From positions 21,339 through 85,338 of the forward strand of contig MGJB01000017.1 of NCBI GenBank assembly GCA_001794055.1: a stretch of DNA of 64,000 nt, in the 5' to 3' direction. Both the position numbers and the translations under genes were made by a program. Shown here piece by piece: positions 37,130-47,978 of the stretch (within the stretch, counting starts at the first letter, position 1; each line of letters opens with the position of its first letter). This stretch comes from Candidatus Yanofskybacteria bacterium RIFCSPHIGHO2_01_FULL_41_26. GTDB lineage: Bacteria > Patescibacteriota > Minisyncoccia > 2-02-FULL-40-12 > GWA2-44-9. The notes under the pieces are model-generated. The model was not told the DNA's origin, did no database searches, and saw only the letters and a list, made by a program, of their open reading frames with translations.

Positions 37130-38443
37130 CTATCTTCTGCGTTGCATCAAAACATTTACTCTGGATTCAGCGTTGTTTATTGAGTCTTTAACCGACATCC
37201 TCCCAAAATTTACATCGTCTATCATATCGGCAAATATGCTTTCTATCGCGATATTATCTATCTGATACCAAGAACGGGCAGACAATGCCTGTATGGCAAA
37301 GACTCCAAGATCAAGATCGTTTCTTTGAAGCTCTATCAAGTCTCGGCGGGCGGAAGGACGAAGGGTTGCACTTAGATAATTTTGAGCTCCTTCTTTAGAA
37401 GCAAGATAGGCCACGAATTTCCATGCTTCATTCGGAAATTTAGAACTAGAAGTAACGGCAGCACCCCAATAGTTTGCGTAATTCTTAAGGTCCGTGCTTG
37501 AAACTTGAGGCATAGATGCCACACCAAAATTAAGACGCGAGAATTTATTCTTTAAAACTTCCACCTCATGAGAATAATTGAACATCATCGCGGTTTTCCC
37601 TTCCGTAAAAGCATCAACAGAATAGTGCTGGACATCGTTCCAAGTATAGTTTCTAACCGAAGGATTAGCAAAATCAGTGTAATACTTCAAAGCCAACTCC
37701 CCGACCGGAGTGTTGTTGACCTGTCTAGCAAATGAGGCTCCGATGTTGTCAGCATCTGTCATCCTTACTCCTGTCTGAATCATCAGTGCCGCCAAAATAT
37801 CAGTCGAGCGATTAATGTTCCGGGACGTGCCGATGGCCGCTGCAGATTGGAGAATCTGGCCGCTTCCATCCAGCCGGGTTATGGTTTCCACATCGGAATT
37901 AAACTCTTCCCAGTTCTGGGGTGGACGAGTAATACCGGCACTGTTTAAAATATCTTTATTGTAAAAAAGGGCTAAAGTATCAACATAGAGCGGAAGAGCA
38001 TAAATTTGATTATTAAAAACAAAATCATTGAAAGCCACATCGACAAAATTGGTCTTGTAGTCCTGAATGGTTAACAGAGGTTCTTTTTGTCCGGGAATCG
38101 TGGCCGGAAGAGCCTTTAACTTGTCGCCATGTTTAGGCAGCCAAGAATTATGAATCATGACAATATCCGGTCCAGTACCAGAAGCCAAAGAATCAATCAA
38201 GCTTTTTTCATATTCTTCATAAGAAAAAATCCGGTATAAAACTTTGACCTCCGGATTCTGGGCTTGAAAGCCGGTAATAACTTTATCAAAAGCACTTTTG
38301 TCGTCAAAAACTCCCCAAAATTCAAGAGTAGCAGATTGGGTATTACCTCCGCCACCAATACTTTTTAAAATCAAAATTACCGTCAAAAATACGGCAACAA
38401 CTACTGAACCGACTAAAATGTAGAAGATTTTGTTGGTATTCAT
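37130..38443 (-). CDS. extracellular solute-binding protein (family 1, sugar ABC-type), membrane-anchored
   Basis: 437 aa with N-terminal TM. SBP_bac_1-like sequence. No permease or ATPase adjacent. Confidence 0.7.
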   Translation of the reverse strand: MNTNKIFYILVGSVVVAVFLTVILILKSIGGGGNTQSATLEFWGVFDDKSAFDKVITGFQAQNPEVKVLYRIFSYEEYEKSLIDSLASGTGPDIVMIHNSWLPKHGDKLKALPATIPGQKEPLLTIQDYKTNFVDVAFNDFVFNNQIYALPLYVDTLALFYNKDILNSAGITRPPQNWEEFNSDVETITRLDGSGQILQSAAAIGTSRNINRSTDILAALMIQTGVRMTDADNIGASFARQVNNTPVGELALKYYTDFANPSVRNYTWNDVQHYSVDAFTEGKTAMMFNYSHEVEVLKNKFSRLNFGVASMPQVSSTDLKNYANYWGAAVTSSSKFPNEAWKFVAYLASKEGAQNYLSATLRPSARRDLIELQRNDLDLGVFAIQALSARSWYQIDNIAIESIFADMIDDVNFGRMSVKDSINNAESRVNVLMQRRR

Positions 38444-38458
38444 CCCGCTAAATTCAGC

Positions 38459-39040
38459 TCAAAGTTTTTTAAATCTCATGCCATAGTGAAATTGTCCGGC
38501 ATTAATATCATTTTCAAAAACCAACTTCTCACCGAGAACAAGAGAACGCATCGCAATCTCGTCGATTCTTAAGTTATCGGGTGGCCCAAATCCTCCGGCT
38601 GCTCTTTTCCAGTCAATTACAACCAGTATTCCTCCGTTTTTTAAAACCCTGACGGCTTCTTTAATAATTTCGGGTTTCTGTTGGGATTGAAAAAGAATGT
38701 TGGCGAGAAGCACCATGTCCTGAGAATTATCCGCCAAACCGGAGCTGCCCGCAACTTCAAGATTGCTTCTGATTGTCTCAACATTTTCAAGTCCAGCTGC
38801 TTTGGCTTTGACCCTGACATTATCTAAAGCAGATTCTTGAATATCTAAGGCATAAACTTTTCCACTGATACCGATTCTCTTGGCTAATAAAATAGTAAAA
38901 TAACCCGCCCCTGAACCAAAATCAGCCACTACCATCCCCGGCGCAATTCCAAATCCAGCCGCAATTTTTTCCGGATTCATAAAACCACCTGTCCCAAGAT
39001 TACTACCCAATCCACTCGTAGGCATGTTTACCGGCTCCAT
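38459..39040 (-). CDS. class I SAM-dependent methyltransferase
   Basis: 193 aa. VADFGSGAGYFT motif I. Acidic YALDIQE motif II. Confidence 0.7.
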   Translation of the reverse strand: MEPVNMPTSGLGSNLGTGGFMNPEKIAAGFGIAPGMVVADFGSGAGYFTILLAKRIGISGKVYALDIQESALDNVRVKAKAAGLENVETIRSNLEVAGSSGLADNSQDMVLLANILFQSQQKPEIIKEAVRVLKNGGILVVIDWKRAAGGFGPPDNLRIDEIAMRSLVLGEKLVFENDINAGQFHYGMRFKKL

Positions 39041-39127
39041 ACATCAAATTTTACCACAACAAAAGAATTGAGTTATAAACAAACCTCTCGCCCACAACAA
39101 AAACGGCCGAAGCCGTTTTTTTGATTT

Positions 39128-39550
39128 CTACTGACCCCCACCGGGTCGCCACTCTCCGGTTGTTGGATTCTGCCAAACCCATGTCGAATCAACATTTGCA
39201 GTTGGCATTCTCCATGTCCAACTTGTTTCAACATTCGGCTCAGGCCGGCCATAGCAAGCGGCTGATCCGCCCCGATTCAAACAGGAATTACCGCCGCCGT
39301 CTTCCTCAAGCAATGGCGGTTCGTCTTCGTCAGCAAAAGAATTTAAAAATCCAAACCATGATTTATTTTGTGCTAATGTCGTTCTGGTGGCAACCAAAGC
39401 TGCTACCTTATCAGAATCTTTATTTAAAGCTGACCATGCAGCATTCAGGTCCTTAATAGCTGTTGACCTGGTATTAGCTTTAATCGTCTCATTAACACCG
39501 ATTACAAAAATCAGGGTTAATATAATTGTCAGTATTATTTTTTTGTTCAT
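39128..39550 (-). CDS. secreted hypothetical protein
   Basis: 140 aa with signal peptide. Gly/Trp-rich C-terminus. Confidence 0.4.
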   Translation of the reverse strand: MNKKIILTIILTLIFVIGVNETIKANTRSTAIKDLNAAWSALNKDSDKVAALVATRTTLAQNKSWFGFLNSFADEDEPPLLEEDGGGNSCLNRGGSAACYGRPEPNVETSWTWRMPTANVDSTWVWQNPTTGEWRPGGGQ

Positions 39551-40195
39551 TTAAATATTTAATTTTAAAATTAGTATCCAGGCAATAGCGAAACCGACCA
39601 AGGCAAACAATGCACTGGCAACAAGCCAAATTTTCGCTCTTGCCCTAGATACAAGTATAAACTTCTTATCGAAATTGTTAAGGAAATTGTTGATAACTTC
39701 TTCAACGCGCAGTTGTTCTTGAAACTTGCGGGCATCAATATTCTGCTCACCCATGAATTTGATAATGTCATGTCGACCAATAACGCCGGTCAATATTTTC
39801 TGCTCATTAACCACGGGCAGAGATACATTCATGTTTTTTGAAAATAAATCAATTATTCCAAATATCGAATCCCCTTCTTTTGCAAAATAGGGATCGTCAT
39901 TCATGGCATCTTTCACTTTTAATTCGGATATTTTTTCAAGTTCTTTTTTTACTGGCTCGGCATCGCTCTTATACAATTCGACTGTTTTAAAAATCCTCAA
40001 GAATGTTGGCAAGTGAACTGATGTTCCCCTTATAATCATATCGCTATTTGTAATGCTCCCCACAAGATAACCCCCAATAACAACCGGCAAGCCGTTAAAG
40101 CCATTCTTCAAAATCAAATTAACAGCTTCAATTAAGCTTGTATCAGGAGTAACGGTTACAATGTTTTTGACCATTATATCTGCTGCTGTTTTCAT
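39551..40195 (-). CDS. CBS-domain pair protein with C-terminal TM helix
   Basis: 214 aa. Two CBS motifs (IVTVTPDTSL...GLPVV; ILTGVIGRHDII). C-terminal hydrophobic segment. Confidence 0.65.
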   Translation of the reverse strand: MKTAADIMVKNIVTVTPDTSLIEAVNLILKNGFNGLPVVIGGYLVGSITNSDMIIRGTSVHLPTFLRIFKTVELYKSDAEPVKKELEKISELKVKDAMNDDPYFAKEGDSIFGIIDLFSKNMNVSLPVVNEQKILTGVIGRHDIIKFMGEQNIDARKFQEQLRVEEVINNFLNNFDKKFILVSRARAKIWLVASALFALVGFAIAWILILKLNI

Positions 40196-40202
40196 CGATA
40201 GT

Positions 40203-42629
40203 TTAAACTAATGCCACCGAGGCCAATCCGTCGCCTGATTCTACCCTCATAATCCTGACGCCTTGAGTAGCACGTCCAAGCACGGAGACGCTGTCTATTG
40301 ATGTACGAATTACAACACCTTTGCGCGAAACGGCGATTAATTCTTTATTTTCTTCCGAGGTAATATGGGCTGAAACCAATTTACCAGTTTTTGGTGTAAT
40401 TTTAGCCGTCATAATTCCCCGGCCGCCCCGGTTCTGAACTTTGTAAAATTTCAAATCTGTGCGCTTGCCATAGCCATTGGCCATGACAACCAATATCTTC
40501 AGGCCTTTTTCTACACCGGCAGGAACAACGTCAGCTCCGACAACTTTTTCTTGTTTTTCTAACCTCATACCGATAACCCCCGAAGCGCCCCTGCCCATTG
40601 CCCGCACATCTTTTTCTTTAAAGCGAATAGAATTGCCACCGGAAGAAACCATCATTACTTGGTCATTGCCGGAAGTAGTCACAACCCAACCAAGCTGATC
40701 ATCGCCCTTTAATTTGATCGCCACCATGCCGCTACTTCGAACTTTGGAGAAAGCATCTGTGTCAACTTTTTTAATGATACCGTTGGCAGTGGCCATGAAA
40801 AGAAATCCTTTGGAATCCTTCGGCACTGGGACTACGGCCGTAATTATCTCGCTAGGTGAAATATTCAAAAAATTAACTATCGCTTTGCCCTTGGATTGAC
40901 GGGACGATTCCGGAACTTCGTAACCTTTTGTTTGAAATACTTTTCCTGTATTAGTAAAGAACAACAAACTATCGTGGGTATTGGCCATGAAAAACTGGGA
41001 AATGACATCTTCTTCTTTGGTGGCCATACCGATTAAACCCTTACCGCCTCGTTTTTGAGATTTTAATCCTTCGGGTTGTATTCTCTTTATGTATCCACCG
41101 TGAGTAATCATGAACAAGGAATCCTCCTCCGGCATCAATTCGTCTTCCCCTATCTCTCTCAAGGCCGACTTAACCACTTTTGTCCGTCTTTCATCGCCAA
41201 ATTTTTCTCTGATTTCTTTGAATTCTTCTTTTATTACTCCCAAAATTTTCTTCGGACTTGCCAGCAAGTCTTCGAGATACGCGATAAGATCCAGTTTTTC
41301 TTTCAATTCGTCATTAATTTTCTTCCTCTCTAGACCAGCCAGAGCCTGCAATCTCATATCCAAAATAGCCAAAGCTTGCTTATCGGAAAACTTGAATTTT
41401 TTTATTAAATTATTAAAAGCATCTTCTTTTGATTCAGAAGCTCTGATTGTTTTGATTATCTCGTCAATGTGATCAAGGGCCTTTTTAAGTCCTTCTAAAA
41501 TATGGGCCCTGTCTTTGGCCTTCTGAAGTTCGAATCTAGTCCTTCGAATTACAACTTCGCGACGATGGTCAACAAATTTCTCAAGAAGTCCTTTCAGGCC
41601 TAAAATTTGGGGTTGAGTGCCCCCATCAACCAAGGCTAGCATATTGAAATGAAAAGCTTTCTGAAGCTCTGTGTATTTGAAGAGTTGATTAATAACTTTC
41701 TTGGGAAAAGCGTCTTGTTTCAGGTCAATTGCGATTCTTAGTCCATCTTTATCGGATTCGTCTCGAATATCTCTAATGCCTTCTATTTTCTTTTCTTTCA
41801 CAAGATCGGCTATCTTCATTATCAACTCGGCCTTATTCACCTGATAAGGTATTTCAGAAACTATTATCTGATAACCTTTTTTGTTTTCCACGATATCGGC
41901 CTGGCCTCGCATTATTATGGGACCACGGCCAGTGGCATAAGCGCTGAGGATATCTTTTTCGTTATATATGATTCCCCCAGTCGGAAAGTCCGGTCCTTTT
42001 ATAAATTGAGTTAGGTCTTTTACGTCCGCTTCCTTGTTGTCTATAAGATAAGCCAACGCATCTAAAACTTCGGTTAAATTGTGTGGGGGTATGTTGGTGG
42101 CCATGCCGACAGCAATGCCCATAGAACCGTTTATGAGAAGATTGGGAATTCGAGAGGGCAGTACTGTTGGTTCTTTAACCGATGAATCATAATTATCTTG
42201 AAAATTAACAGTTTCCTTGTCAATATCAGCAAGCAGCGATTCAGATATTGAGGCCAGCCGACATTCTGTATAACGCATGGCAGCCGGAGCGTCAGCATCA
42301 ATCGATCCAAAATTTCCTTGACCTTGAACCAGCGGGTATCTTAAAGAAAAATCCTGGGCCATGCGAACCATAGAATCATAGATGGCCGTATCTCCATGCG
42401 GATGAAAGGAACCCATGGTTGTACCGACAACCTTGGCTGACTTTTGAAATTTTGCGGTCGGTCTTAATCCCATTTCGTGCATCGCATACAAAATCCTCCG
42501 ATGAACCGGTTTTAAACCATCTCTGATATCCGGCAAGGCGCGGGCAACAATAACGCTCATCGCATATTCCAAATAAGCCTGCTGCATTTCCTGGACTATT
42601 TCCCTTTGTTTTATTTGGCCTTCAGCCAT
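40203..42629 (-). CDS. gyrA: DNA gyrase subunit A (type IIA topoisomerase A subunit)
   Basis: 808 aa. [22 protein letters not shown] active-site region. C-terminal beta-pinwheel repeats. Confidence 0.85.
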   Translation of the reverse strand: MAEGQIKQREIVQEMQQAYLEYAMSVIVARALPDIRDGLKPVHRRILYAMHEMGLRPTAKFQKSAKVVGTTMGSFHPHGDTAIYDSMVRMAQDFSLRYPLVQGQGNFGSIDADAPAAMRYTECRLASISESLLADIDKETVNFQDNYDSSVKEPTVLPSRIPNLLINGSMGIAVGMATNIPPHNLTEVLDALAYLIDNKEADVKDLTQFIKGPDFPTGGIIYNEKDILSAYATGRGPIIMRGQADIVENKKGYQIIVSEIPYQVNKAELIMKIADLVKEKKIEGIRDIRDESDKDGLRIAIDLKQDAFPKKVINQLFKYTELQKAFHFNMLALVDGGTQPQILGLKGLLEKFVDHRREVVIRRTRFELQKAKDRAHILEGLKKALDHIDEIIKTIRASESKEDAFNNLIKKFKFSDKQALAILDMRLQALAGLERKKINDELKEKLDLIAYLEDLLASPKKILGVIKEEFKEIREKFGDERRTKVVKSALREIGEDELMPEEDSLFMITHGGYIKRIQPEGLKSQKRGGKGLIGMATKEEDVISQFFMANTHDSLLFFTNTGKVFQTKGYEVPESSRQSKGKAIVNFLNISPSEIITAVVPVPKDSKGFLFMATANGIIKKVDTDAFSKVRSSGMVAIKLKGDDQLGWVVTTSGNDQVMMVSSGGNSIRFKEKDVRAMGRGASGVIGMRLEKQEKVVGADVVPAGVEKGLKILVVMANGYGKRTDLKFYKVQNRGGRGIMTAKITPKTGKLVSAHITSEENKELIAVSRKGVVIRTSIDSVSVLGRATQGVRIMRVESGDGLASVALV

Positions 42630-42733
42630 ATGCTTTGCTTCAGCTTATCAAGTAAAAAGTCCATAAAGTTTATCAAGTTTTTAGAACTTAATTATACTTT
42701 ACGAACTTTATTAACTTTACAAACCTTATTAAC

Positions 42734-43087
42734 CTATTTCTTCTCCGACAATGGCAGCGTGTACACCTTTCCTAAATCGTTGGCTTTCGTATTGTCGATA
42801 GTAATGTCTTTTTTGTCGTCGTTGGTCAAATTAAAAATACTAAAAAATGCGGCTTTAAGGTCCTGTCCCGTCTTGCCTATATCTCCCAGCAATGAAGGCA
42901 CATTCTTGTTTTCGGCTAAATTTCTTTGGTCTGTGATTTCTCCAGGATTTAATAGTACATACAAATTCTTCTCAAATGAGTTATACCAAATCATTCCCAC
43001 CAATGAAATAGTTGTAACAACACAAAGACCGAACATTATTTCTCTGTGGTGTCGTGGTTGTTTGCGTATCTCGTCTAAGAAACTCAT
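42734..43087 (-). CDS. membrane-anchored hypothetical protein
   Basis: 117 aa with one TM helix. Confidence 0.35.
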   Translation of the reverse strand: MSFLDEIRKQPRHHREIMFGLCVVTTISLVGMIWYNSFEKNLYVLLNPGEITDQRNLAENKNVPSLLGDIGKTGQDLKAAFFSIFNLTNDDKKDITIDNTKANDLGKVYTLPLSEKK

Positions 43088-43089
43088 CG

Positions 43090-43749
43090 TTACGTTTGAA
43101 ACATTATCAATTTCATTTCTTCCGCTGGAAGAAGTTTTTTTGATATTTTATATTTACCTGCCCCGAGCGAAGTCGAGGAGTCTACCTTTTCCGGCGTCAG
43201 CCCTAATTCTTTCACAAACTTTTCAGGGCCTTCTATCTCAACTCTCAAGTCTTTCAATTTGTAATGCATCGGAATTATTATCTTCGGCTCAATCTGACTG
43301 ATAACTCCGATAGCCTCTTTATAATTAATTGTATAATTTCCTCCGACAGGAACCAAGAGTATATCTACGTCGCCGATATCATCTACCTGGCTCTCGGTCA
43401 ACTTCTCCTGGCCCAAATCACCCAGGTGGCAAATGGTCATTTCTTCAGCTTTGATTACATATATTATATTGAGTCCCCGCTCCTTGCCTTCAGTCTTGTC
43501 ATGATATGAAGAGATCCCCCTGATAGCAATTCCTTTCTTCTCGTATTCACCTGGCGTGTTTATCAAAAAAGCTTCTGGATTTATCTCGTCCACATTGTTG
43601 TGATCATCATGACCGTGAGATACCAAAACAATATCATCCTTAATTTTGGGTGGTTTTAAACCAATTTCCTTAGAAAATGGGTCAATCAAAATACTGCCTT
43701 CTTTGGATTCTATCCTGAAACAGCTATGCCCAAACCAGTTAATCGTCAT
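43090..43749 (-). CDS. MBL-fold metallo-hydrolase
   Basis: 219 aa. LVSHGHDDHNN (HxHxDH) motif. Confidence 0.75.
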   Translation of the reverse strand: MTINWFGHSCFRIESKEGSILIDPFSKEIGLKPPKIKDDIVLVSHGHDDHNNVDEINPEAFLINTPGEYEKKGIAIRGISSYHDKTEGKERGLNIIYVIKAEEMTICHLGDLGQEKLTESQVDDIGDVDILLVPVGGNYTINYKEAIGVISQIEPKIIIPMHYKLKDLRVEIEGPEKFVKELGLTPEKVDSSTSLGAGKYKISKKLLPAEEMKLIMFQT

Positions 43750-43931
43750 GCTCTAATCTTAGCAAATTTTTAGTAGCAAATCAATAGCAAAATCGACACT
43801 CCGCCCCATCGTCTTCGTCAACCATTCGCGTTTCGCAGTTGCAAAATTTGGGGAGTTGAGGTATAGTACTGACTACAAAAGTAAATCTTTAATGCCAAGG
43901 ATCAGGAGCCGGTCGTGAGTTAACGCCGGCC

Positions 43932-45083
43932 ATGACTGATGCTAGGCAAATCAGTTCAATGCAAATCAACAATTCAGATATCAAATCAATGAAAGACCTC
44001 CTTTTCAAGGAGGAGTTTTTTCTGCCTAAGCCGGGAAATATATTAAGTGGACAGATAATTAACATCTCCAAAGCCAATGTTGTTGTGGACTTGGGTCACA
44101 TTGGAATCGGCATAGTTTATCCAGGCGAATTTTATGACAACCCCGACAGAATGAAGGGTTTAAAGCCTGGAGACAAAGTATCGGCAATGCTTATTGAGCT
44201 TGAGAATGATGATGGTTACCGAGAGCTGTCTTTGAGATCTGCTCAAATGACTACCGCCTGGCAGGATATTAAAGAAAAGATGGATGCAAGTGAAGTCATT
44301 ACCACCAAAATAGTTAACATCAACAAAGGCGGTCTTATTGTTGAAGTAAGTGGAATTCAGGGCTTCCTTCCACTCTCGCAATTATCGTCTGAACATTATC
44401 CAAAAATAGACGGCGGAGACACCACCAAAATAGTCCAGGCCCTCCAGAAATTCAAAGGCATGGAATTCCAGGTCAAAATTCTTGATTTTAACGAAACGGA
44501 AAACAAGTTAATTGTTTCTGAAAAAGCAATCAAAGAAGAAGCCGCCAAAGAAGAGCTCTCAAAATTAAAAGTCGGAGATTTGATTGAAGGCAAAATAACC
44601 GAGGTTACCGACTTTGGGGCCTTCGTCAAATTAAGCGACACGTTGGACGGTTTGATACACTCATCTGAGATAGATTGGAAATTTATTGAAGACCCGCGAG
44701 AGGTCCTCCATTCGGGAGATGAAATCACTGCAAAAATAATCAGCTTGGAAGGCGGGCGAGTTTCTCTTTCCTTAAAAGCTTTAAAGGAAGATCCCTGGTT
44801 AAAGGCTGAAGAAAAATATCAACCCGGACATAAAGTCAGCGGCCGAGTCATCAAAATCAGAAACAACGGCGCTTTCGTGGAACTCATCGGAGACATAATC
44901 GCTTTTCTGCCGGTGGCGGAACTAGGCGGACAGAATCTTAATGATGTTTTCGAGCTAAATAAAGAATATGAATTTGCCATCGTCAGCTTGGATCCCAAAG
45001 AACACAAAATGGTTTTAACACTACCAGGCAAAAAACCTGTCCAAGAAACTCATGAGGAACCCAAAGAAGAAACTGTTTCCTAA
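43932..45083 (+). CDS. rpsA: ribosomal protein S1-like (four S1 domains)
   Basis: 383 aa of repeated S1 RNA-binding motifs (GQIINISKANVVVDLG, GKITEVTDFGAFVKL, GRVIKIRNNGAFVEL). Confidence 0.7.
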   Translation: MTDARQISSMQINNSDIKSMKDLLFKEEFFLPKPGNILSGQIINISKANVVVDLGHIGIGIVYPGEFYDNPDRMKGLKPGDKVSAMLIELENDDGYRELSLRSAQMTTAWQDIKEKMDASEVITTKIVNINKGGLIVEVSGIQGFLPLSQLSSEHYPKIDGGDTTKIVQALQKFKGMEFQVKILDFNETENKLIVSEKAIKEEAAKEELSKLKVGDLIEGKITEVTDFGAFVKLSDTLDGLIHSSEIDWKFIEDPREVLHSGDEITAKIISLEGGRVSLSLKALKEDPWLKAEEKYQPGHKVSGRVIKIRNNGAFVELIGDIIAFLPVAELGGQNLNDVFELNKEYEFAIVSLDPKEHKMVLTLPGKKPVQETHEEPKEETVS

Positions 45084-45225
45084 AATAAGAACTCAGATTT
45101 CTGTCCCTCCTTCGCAAGTACACGAAAGTAAAGTTAAGCCTGTCTCAAGGGCAAAGATAAGACGACATTCTCAAAAAGAAATTAAAGAAGGAATAAAAGA
45201 GATGAATTAATCTCGAAGTTTTAGT

Positions 45226-45254
45226 TTGACAATCTATTGTTTTTGCTGTAATAT
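45226..45254 (+). promoter_or_regulatory. consensus sigma70 promoter TTGACA-17-TAATAT
   Basis: Read directly. -35 at 45226-45231. -10 at 45249-45254. Confidence 0.5.
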
Positions 45255-45295
45255 ATATCAACGTTCATTACCAACTAAACAGGAGACCCGCACAC

Positions 45296-45694
45296 TTGTT
45301 GCACAGAGTCACCGACAGAGTCCCAGCCAACATCACTGCCCGCCACACTTTTGGCGGCCATAGCGAAATCATCATCCCCGAGAATGACGGCTGTCTCGGT
45401 TCTTGGAATGGCGGTAATTTCGAACTTGAGATTGAATCCATAACTGGGTTTTTTGTTACCCAAGCAGATGAAAAAGGGGAAATCGTTGAGCTCCCCTCGG
45501 ATGAACGGGGCAGAAGAAAAAGATTTACCGTATCAGTTCCCCTCTTCTGGTCTGAAAAAGTCGGCCTATTAATAACAAGGCCTCCGTCAAATTATGTGAA
45601 ATTGCAAGAATCCACCAAATCTTCCCGTGTTTGGGAAATCGCCATCATAACAAATGAGACAAAATTCTTTCTTTCGATTAGACCTCTCCGCTAA
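45296..45694 (+). CDS. hypothetical protein (TTG start; GC about 48%)
   Basis: 132 aa ORF preceded by AGGAGA RBS. Compositionally richer than flanks. Confidence 0.4.
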   Translation: MLHRVTDRVPANITARHTFGGHSEIIIPENDGCLGSWNGGNFELEIESITGFFVTQADEKGEIVELPSDERGRRKRFTVSVPLFWSEKVGLLITRPPSNYVKLQESTKSSRVWEIAIITNETKFFLSIRPLR

Positions 45695-45720
45695 GAGCAT
45701 GTCCATACAAGTATTTTCTG

Positions 45721-45746
45721 CCTACGCCCATTGCGTAGGTTTTTTG
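45721..45746 (+). terminator. rho-independent terminator
   Basis: CCTACGC-ccatt-GCGTAGG followed by TTTTTTG. Confidence 0.5.
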
Positions 45747-45747
45747 T

Positions 45748-45777
45748 TTGACAATTATCGTATTGTCATGTTATAAT
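45748..45777 (+). promoter_or_regulatory. consensus sigma70 promoter TTGACA-(17/18)-TATAAT
   Basis: -35 at 45748-45753. -10 at 45772-45777. Immediately after the terminator. Confidence 0.5.
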
Positions 45778-45812
45778 ATCAGCACGTTCGTTTCCAACCA
45801 AAGAGGTGACAA

Positions 45813-46553
45813 GTGAAAAAAATCGCAACGCTCAGCCTATCGGTTAGGCTAGTAGTGTTCCAATACCATGTCAAAAACGCGAGTATCCCCGAAGGTATTC
45901 CGAAGTACTCGGATTTCCACAAACCAACAGCTAGTCAATTTGAAGGCACTGGTGTCCAAGTCATGGGACCAACTCCTGATGTCCTATCAGAATTTATTGA
46001 CAACAGCGACTATCAATTGATTGATGCATGGCACGCCACAGAAGAAGACTGGACTCGGAGTGCCGTTCGATTCGTGTTCTGTCACAAAGAATATCTGAAT
46101 CCAGCTGGGCTTCGTCCGGAATTCGTCACCCAGAGAGACGGCTTACTAGAGTCTTTCAACAGACTCGCAGGCAAAAACCTATGGCAGACAATGGCTCATA
46201 TCAATCCATTTTTTGTCGCCGGAAAAGCAACAGACGAGACAGTTCTCGTGTTGGATTGCAACTCCCGTAAAGAAGCAACGAAGTTTATTCGGGTCGAGAC
46301 CGGAGAATTCAATCTTGTTCCGGCCAAGACCGAAGACGAAGAAGAGATTTTTGTAAAAGAACCTGTCACCGTCATGGTGGAAGAACCAGTTATCGTTTTC
46401 CAGGGTGGCCGGGAAAAAGTGGAACGAGGAATCGGTCCTGGCATCGGACCCAAGGTCCTCTTGACCGACAAAGCCAACCGATTAAAGTTGGTCAGCAACG
46501 AGGTCGTTCTCGTTGCTCCTGAACCAATTCCGGCTTCGGCTTCAGCCACCTAA
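45813..46553 (+). CDS. hypothetical protein (GTG start; GC about 52%)
   Basis: 246 aa ORF with AAGAGGTG RBS. No recognisable domain. Confidence 0.45.
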   Translation: MKKIATLSLSVRLVVFQYHVKNASIPEGIPKYSDFHKPTASQFEGTGVQVMGPTPDVLSEFIDNSDYQLIDAWHATEEDWTRSAVRFVFCHKEYLNPAGLRPEFVTQRDGLLESFNRLAGKNLWQTMAHINPFFVAGKATDETVLVLDCNSRKEATKFIRVETGEFNLVPAKTEDEEEIFVKEPVTVMVEEPVIVFQGGREKVERGIGPGIGPKVLLTDKANRLKLVSNEVVLVAPEPIPASASAT

Positions 46554-46578
46554 CTATTTTTAAGGAGTAACACTCCCT

Positions 46579-46611
46579 GGCCCGCACAAAAGTGCGGGCC
46601 CTTGACTTTTT
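46579..46611 (+). terminator. rho-independent terminator
   Basis: GGCCCGCAC-aaaa-GTGCGGGCC then CTTGACTTTTT. Confidence 0.5.
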
Positions 46612-46629
46612 ATACGAAAGGAGTATAAT
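46602..46629 (+). promoter_or_regulatory. sigma70-like promoter TTGACT-16-TATAAT with about 270 nt structured leader
   Basis: -35 at 46602-46607. -10 at 46624-46629. Leader has a 16 bp stem (46672-46687 with 46765-46780) and several GC hairpins before ATG 46897. Confidence 0.4.
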
Positions 46630-46896
46630 GATGATATACAGTAAAAATTTAGTTACTTTAATAACTTACTTAGGAAAGAGCGTTTGAGGAGCGAAGGCGA
46701 CGAAATACTGAGGCCAACAGGCCGAATGTATTCAAAATGATATGGTCTAAGATATCTTCGCAGTTCAAACGCTCTTTCCTAAACTACCGCATTTCCGCGG
46801 GATGCCGTCATACGACGACTGCTCCGCTACGCGGGTTGTTATGGGGATGTTCCCCGGAAGAGCTTACGCCCCAAAGGGGCAATTGGAGAGTGTATC

Positions 46897-47715
46897 ATGG
46901 CGAGACAGAATTACAACCGTGTCGGTGTCGAACGTGTGACCGACGAGCAGATTGCAGCGATGGCAAAAACTGGTGTTAGCGACGCCAGCACAGACCTCTC
47001 GGTCGCCGAGCGCGCAGGCGCCGACGACAAGGTCGCGGCCGTCGTGGCGGAGAACGCTCCGCAGCGTGTCTCGACCTTCACACCCGAAGCGCGGGTGTGG
47101 ATCGAGGGCAACAAGGAGCTGAATACCGAGGGCCTCTACGGCCAGCGGAGTCTCCTGGCTATCCGCCCGGAAGACTTCCAGCAGCGCGCACAGTTCCTCG
47201 GACGCCCCCTCACGGTGGCGGATCTCGAGGAGATCCACGGCGTCGACACGTCAGCACCGGCGTCGATGGACTGCACGACCTGCGGGAAGGCTGTGACGTC
47301 CTTCATCCGTACGGCCATGATCGGCCGTGACGGCGACCTGCGCCGCAACCCGGATGGGAACATCACCTACCGCGGTCAGGCCGTGACCACGGGACGTCCG
47401 CTGGCGGTTCACGCAGCTCACACGGGCACGTGCCTGTACAAGTTGCGCAACAACCTCGAACAGACGAAGAAGCTGACGAGTGGCCGAGAGGTCGCCAAGT
47501 TGCTTCACTCGCACTCGTTCGAGCAGGCCAACGCGCGGTTGGCCGGCATCCAGGGTCACTTCAACGCGAAGGACCAGGAGAAGCAGGCGATGAAACAGCG
47601 CCTGGGCGCCAGGACCGGTGGCGACGCCGCCGGATTCAGCAATGGGGCGAACTTCACGCCCCGCACGCCCCGTGGCAAGTCCCGCAAGGAGTCGCGGAAC
47701 TGGAACGCCGAGTAA
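46897..47715 (+). CDS. hypothetical protein, strongly GC-rich (about 63% GC)
   Basis: 272 aa ORF with GGAGAG RBS. Codon usage unlike the rest of the window. Antisense ORFs are composition artefacts. Confidence 0.5.
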   Translation: MARQNYNRVGVERVTDEQIAAMAKTGVSDASTDLSVAERAGADDKVAAVVAENAPQRVSTFTPEARVWIEGNKELNTEGLYGQRSLLAIRPEDFQQRAQFLGRPLTVADLEEIHGVDTSAPASMDCTTCGKAVTSFIRTAMIGRDGDLRRNPDGNITYRGQAVTTGRPLAVHAAHTGTCLYKLRNNLEQTKKLTSGREVAKLLHSHSFEQANARLAGIQGHFNAKDQEKQAMKQRLGARTGGDAAGFSNGANFTPRTPRGKSRKESRNWNAE

Positions 47716-47736
47716 TATCGACGTCAAGCATCCTTG

Positions 47737-47780
47737 GGGAGGAAGAGACACTGGTCTCTCTCCTCCCCCGGGGTGTTTTT
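47737..47780 (+). terminator. rho-independent terminator
   Basis: GGGGAGGAAGAGACA-ctgg-TCTCTCTCCTCCCC then T-run. Confidence 0.55.
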
Positions 47781-47792
47781 TAATACTTAAAT

Positions 47793-47821
47793 ATTGACTT
47801 ATTTAATGTTTTAGTGTATCA
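47793..47821 (+). promoter_or_regulatory. sigma70-like promoter TTGACT-17-TATCAT with structured about 150 nt leader
   Basis: Leader contains a nested 19 bp stem (CAGGTAGTGAAATTTCCAA ... TTGGAAATTCTACTACCTG) and a GGTACgaaaGGTACC hairpin before ATG 47979. Confidence 0.45.
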
Positions 47822-47978
47822 TATGATCAGTACCAAAATCTCGGGAGAATTCATCAGGTAGTGAAATTTCCAATTCTAGATTTTCCGACAAAGTCGGATT
47901 TGGAAATTCTACTACCTGACGAGCTCTTCTACAATTGAATAGGTACGAAAGGTACCAAGAAAGAGGGAGGAAAGAGCC

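Noticed and set aside
46196-47751. Several long minus-strand and alternate-frame ORFs (46196..46549, 46864..47238, 47136..47366, 47251..47751, 47097..47330, 47430..47783)
   Set aside because: Open frames are expected by chance in 60-65% GC DNA. They lack RBS and start context. The plus-strand genes with promoters and terminators explain the region.
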